Shown here in pieces: positions 57,347-64,000 of a stretch of 64,000 nt of DNA; positions within the stretch are counted from its first letter, which is position 1, and the number at the start of each line of letters is the position of its first letter. The stretch comes from an uncultured Chloroflexia bacterium. GTDB taxonomy: Bacteria; Chloroflexota; Limnocylindria; Limnocylindrales; CSP1-4. The translations under genes and the position numbers were made by a program. The stretch covers positions 107,812 through 171,811 of the forward strand of contig CAWHIA010000006.1 of NCBI GenBank assembly GCA_963829155.1, written 5' to 3'. A model generated the notes under the pieces. It did no database searches. It was not told the origin of the DNA and saw nothing but the letters and a program-made list of their open reading frames with translations.

Positions 57347-57851
57347 CCGGCAGTCCCGCCAGCGCCGCGCCCCACGCCCGCGCGCGCTCGAGCTCGCCGT
57401 CGCGCAGCGGGCCGTAGCTGCCCTCGACGAGGAACCGCATCGGCTTCGCCGCCCGCCGGTAGCCCAGTCGCTTGAGCGCCGTGTCGATCGTGCCCTTGGC
57501 GCCGCCCGGCGACCAGTGCAGCGCGGTCTCGAACGCGGCCTCGGAGCGGTGCATCGGCCGGACCGGCTCGCCGGGCAGCCCGTCGAGCCACGTGCGCATC
57601 GTCGGATGGGACACGTCGCCCGGGCTGGGCGCCTTGGGGTCGTCGGCGACGTGCTTGAGCATCGCCTCGGTTGGCAGGCGAAACGCCATGGTCGGCGCGC
57701 CCGCGACGACGAGGTCGGCCTCCGCGAGGACCGCCGGCGTCGCGGCGTCGGTGGTCAGGACCGCGGTCTCCGGGCCGATCCCCTCGCCGATCGCCCGGGC
57801 GACGGCCTCCGTGTTGCCCCAGTGGGACTCGTACACCACGATCGCGCGCAT
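57339..57851 (-). CDS. Flavodoxin-like protein
   Basis: 'VVYESHWGNTEAVARAI', 'AGAPT', 'AAFET', 'GPLRDGELERARAWG'. Confidence 0.88.
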   Translation of the reverse strand: MRAIVVYESHWGNTEAVARAIGEGIGPETAVLTTDAATPAVLAEADLVVAGAPTMAFRLPTEAMLKHVADDPKAPSPGDVSHPTMRTWLDGLPGEPVRPMHRSEAAFETALHWSPGGAKGTIDTALKRLGYRRAAKPMRFLVEGSYGPLRDGELERARAWGAALAGLPVS

Positions 57852-57970
57852 CACACACCTCGGTGAGCCCCAACGGGCTCCTGCATGTCCCGAGGATCGC
57901 GAGACGGCCGACGCGAGCCAAGTGCCGATCGGACCGCCGAGGGAGGACCCTTCGGACCGGATCGGGGTGA

Positions 57971-59345
57971 TCAGCCCTCGCCCAGCAGCTCCGCCAGGCG
58001 CGCCCTGTCCCGGCCCTGGTGCCGGCCGATGACGTCGAGGGTCAGCGCCGCGGTCCAGCCGAAGCCGTCCGTGCCGAACGCCGTGCCGTCGAACGGGTCG
58101 AAGTACTCGTGGAAGCCGGAGCGCGCGACGAGCCGCAGGCTGCTGAGGAGGATCGCCTCGGCCTCGGCGTCCTGGCCGTGCTGGCGGAGGCCCATCCACA
58201 GCAGCCAGTTGGTGTTGATCCAGACCGGGCCCCGCCAGTAGCGCCGCTCGTCGAAGTCGCGCGGCCAGCAGGTCGTAGCTGGGCGCCACGAACGCGGTCG
58301 GGCGGTCCGGGTGGAAGTGCGCAGACCGGAGGTCGGCCATGATCGAGTCGAGCTGGGCCTTCGGCAGGTCCGGGTCGAGCAGCGGCGCGAACGAGATGAT
58401 CGTGTCCTCCACGCTCAGCTCGTGTTCGATCACGTCGAGCGCACCGAAGCGACTCGTTTCCGGGTCCCACAGGTCCGCGAGCATCGCGTCGTGGATCCGC
58501 CGCGCGTCCTCGCGGTGCGGGACGGGGTCGGCCCCGACGATCTCCGCGATCTCGGCCAGCGCGTGCGTCGACCACAGGTGGATCGCGTTGAACAGCGGCC
58601 CGGCGACGAGGAACGGCACCTGGTCGAGGAGCCGGTCGTCGTCGTACCCGGCGTCGCGATAGCGGGCGGCCAGGAACACGAACCGGTCGTAGGCCTCGTT
58701 GGTGGGCCGATCCTCGGCGTTCGCGTGGTCGAGGTCGTGGCGGACATAGGGCGGGATCGAACCCGGCGGGATGACCATGTCGACGAGGTCGCGGTCCCAG
58801 GCCGGCGAGTTGTCGAGGCCCGACTCCCACGGGTGCATGAACACCGGCAGCGAGCTCCCGCCGGGGCGCCGGCGGCCGTCGAGGTAGTCGTGCTCGGCGA
58901 CCAGGCGCGGATAGAGCCAGCGCAGGAACGCGGTCGACGCCTCGACGTCGGTCGCGTGCCGGTGCATCTCGAGGGCCGCCCGCGCATGGACCGGCGGCTG
59001 GGTGATGCCGGAGGTCTCGACGTCACGAGGCGCCTGCGCGGACCGCCGCGACGACTGCCAGAACGCCGGCCCGGGAAAGTACGCGTCCTCCCCGACCGAC
59101 GGGTTGAACACGATGTGCGGCACCCGGCCGTCGGCCCATTGGGCCCGGAACAGCGACCGCAGCTCCTGCTGCGCCCTCGGCTCGTCGGACCAGGAGCGGC
59201 CCATCGCGATGAACGCCGAGTCCCAGTTCCACTGGTGCGGGTAGAGGGTCCGCGACGGCAGGGTCGAGGCGCCCAGCCAGTTCGCGTCGAGGACCGCGCG
59301 CGCGTCCGCGGCGAGCCGGTCGAGGGTGTCGTCGTTGGTCGTCAT
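57971..59345 (-). CDS. GH63/MGH1-like glucosylglycerate/mannosylglycerate hydrolase; +1 frameshift near 58262
   Basis: 'LYPHQWNWDSAF', 'GRVPHIVF', 'SGITQPP', 'HPWESGLDNSP', then 'YWRGPVWINTNWL', 'GFHEYFDP', 'FGWTAA'; span is 3n+1. Confidence 0.85.
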
Positions 59346-59347
59346 CG

Positions 59348-60138
59348 TCAACCGAGCCTTCCGAGGATCAGGACGACGACCGTCGCGGTGCCGATCCCGT
59401 TGAGCAGCACGTGGACCGCCATGCCGAGGTACACGTTGTGCTTCCACCACACGCCGTACGCGAAGGGCGTGACCCCGGCGACGCGCGACAGGAACTGCCA
59501 CGGCGACCAGAAGTGGTACAGCGAGAACAGCGCCGCGTTGAGGAGCGGCGCCGCACGCCCGAAGCGCGCCATCCGCGGCAGCAGGTAGCCACGGAAGTAC
59601 AGCTCCTCGGTCATCGGACCGGCGAACACGTTCAGCGCGACGAACAGGACGAGGGTCACGATCCATGCCGTCCGGGTGAAGCTCGCGACATCGTCGACGG
59701 GCAGGGGCCGCACGTACCAATCGGGCAGGAAGCCGAACAGGCTCGTCTGGATCGACGGCTCGATGACGCCGACGAGCCCGAAGCCGAGGATCGAGACGAC
59801 CAGGAGCACCGGGACCAGCCACGCCCAGTCGAGGGCCCGCATCGGCCGGCGGTACGGCACGGACGCGAGCGCGCTCCCGCCAGGCGCCGCGTGTCGGCTC
59901 GCCCGGATCACCGTCCCGAGCTCGAACGGGATGATGACGAACGCGATCGCGACCAGCAGGCCCATCAGCGGCGGGAAGCCCAGCGCCGCGACCGGTCCCG
60001 AGGCGACGATGAACACCAGTGCCGCCAGCGCGCCGGGCAGCAGGAACAGCACCAGCAAGCGACCGGTCGGGATGTCGGCGACGGTCGGCGCGCCGGGCGT
60101 GGTGGCGGGCTCGAGCGCGATCGGGAGGTCGGCGGCGG

Positions 60139-60142
<4 letters not shown>
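59348..60142 (-). CDS. CPBP (Abi/CAAX) intramembrane glutamic protease
   Basis: 'TEELYFRGYLLPR', 'FSLYHFW', 'AVHVLLN'; ATGA overlap with the upstream glucosidase gene. Confidence 0.88.
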
Positions 60143-62946
<2,804 letters not shown>

Positions 62947-62950
<4 letters not shown>

Positions 62951-64000
62951 CCGCCCGGCCGCCGCGGCCGCGCCCGGCGTGCGGAGCGCCGCCAGCACGA
63001 CCACCGATCGCGGTCCGGCCGTGTACGTGCCGCCCTCGACGAGCGGTGCGTCGGCCGCCGCGGACAGGTCGTCCGGGCTGGCCAGGGTGGTGTCGACGAT
63101 CCGGTGCCAGGGTTCCATGCCGCCCTCCGCGGGCGGCACCGCGAAGTCGAGCGCCTCCCAGTACGCGTTGAGGATGATGTGCAGGTCGAGGTGCGCCGCC
63201 CGGATGCCGAGCGCGATGGACCGCGACGCGTCACTCGTGTCCGGCTCCCCGAGCCGCGTGCCGTGCCACTCGACCCGCGCGCCCGCCAGCAGCTCGGCCA
63301 GCGTGACGTCCGACGGCACGTCGAACAGCGCCTGCGCCGCGCGCCGCCCGGCGATCAGCCCGCCCGTGAAGCGCAGCAGCCCCGCCTCGCGCTCGACGAG
63401 GCCCCAGTCGAACCACGACAGCTCGCTGTCCTGGCAGTAGGCGTTGTTGTTGCCCAGCTGCGTCCGGCGCACCTCGTCGCCCATCGTCAGCATCGGGACG
63501 CCGACCGCCAGCAGCTCGAGCGCGAGCAGGTTCCGGACCTGGCGCGCGCGCAGCGCCTCGATCGCCGGGTCGTCGGTCGGCCCCTCGACGCCGCCGTTCC
63601 ACGACACGTTGTCGGAGTTGCCGTCGCGGTTGTCCTCGCCGTTCGCCTCGTTGTGCTTGCGGTCGTACGAGACGACGTCGTTGAGCGTGAACCCGTCGTG
63701 GCAGGTCACGAAGTTGATCGTCTTCTGGGGCTCGCGCCCGAGGTGTTCGTAGATGTCGGGCGAGCCCAGCAGGCGCTGGCCGACCGCCCACGCCTTGCCC
63801 GGATCGCTCTTGACGAACGACCGGACGTCGTCCCGGAATCGCCCGTTCCACTCGGTCCATCGGTCGCCGGCGAACGAGCCGACCTGGTACAGCCCGGCGG
63901 CGTCCCACGCCTCCGCGATGAGCTTCGTGCCGGCCAGGACCGGGTCCGTCTCGATGTCCCAGATGATCGGCGGCCGGGGAACGGGCGCCCCGTCCTCGTC
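62947..64000 (-). CDS. glgX: Glycogen debranching enzyme (isoamylase, GH13), 3' part; 5' end is outside the window
   Basis: 'KLIAEAWD', 'EWNGRFRDDVR', 'NFVTCHDGFTLND', 'HNEANGEDNRDG', 'GVPML..GDE..RTQ.GNNNAYCQD'. Confidence 0.93.

Overview
Very GC-rich bacterial chromosome segment. It resembles Chloroflexota (Limnocylindria-like) or Actinomycetota; this is an inference from gene content, since no marker gene is present. There is no rRNA and no CRISPR array. From left to right: (1) end of an MFS efflux gene, a VOC gene, and two divergent class III cyclase-fold genes (DUF2652-SRPBCC; cyclase-STAND ATPase-TPR). (2) A translationally coupled pair of giant, signal-peptide-less beta-rich proteins (2262 aa with Ig-like, OmpA-like and DUF6603-like segments; 1218 aa with FnIII/Ig-like modules). 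(3) DUF2630, doxX, tdk, SH3 and DUF4440 genes. (4) tRNA-Gln(CTG) followed by an integrase-less ~9.4 kb island of hydrolases and a LuxR-AAA regulator, bounded by an exact 44-bp copy of the tRNA 3' half. (5) An ECF sigma/BNR-repeat anti-sigma pair and secreted-protein genes. (6) A hydrolase-PPOX-PPOX-phosphohistidine operon. (7) A split NifJ-type PFOR operon with CBS, DsbA and VKOR genes. (8) A ParB-like gene coupled to a metallophosphoesterase gene. (9) A complete PEP-dependent dihydroxyacetone kinase operon facing a divergent operon of a motif-degenerate DhaL paralogue, a cytoplasmic histidine kinase and an OmpR regulator, with 11-bp-phased CAAGA repeats between them. (10) A glgX/GH63 cluster. 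Several genes are exactly one base too long, which points to systematic +1 sequencing errors. Best candidates for undescribed systems: the DhaL-like protein/two-component module and the giant protein pair. Family names come from motif recognition and recall; no database search was run.
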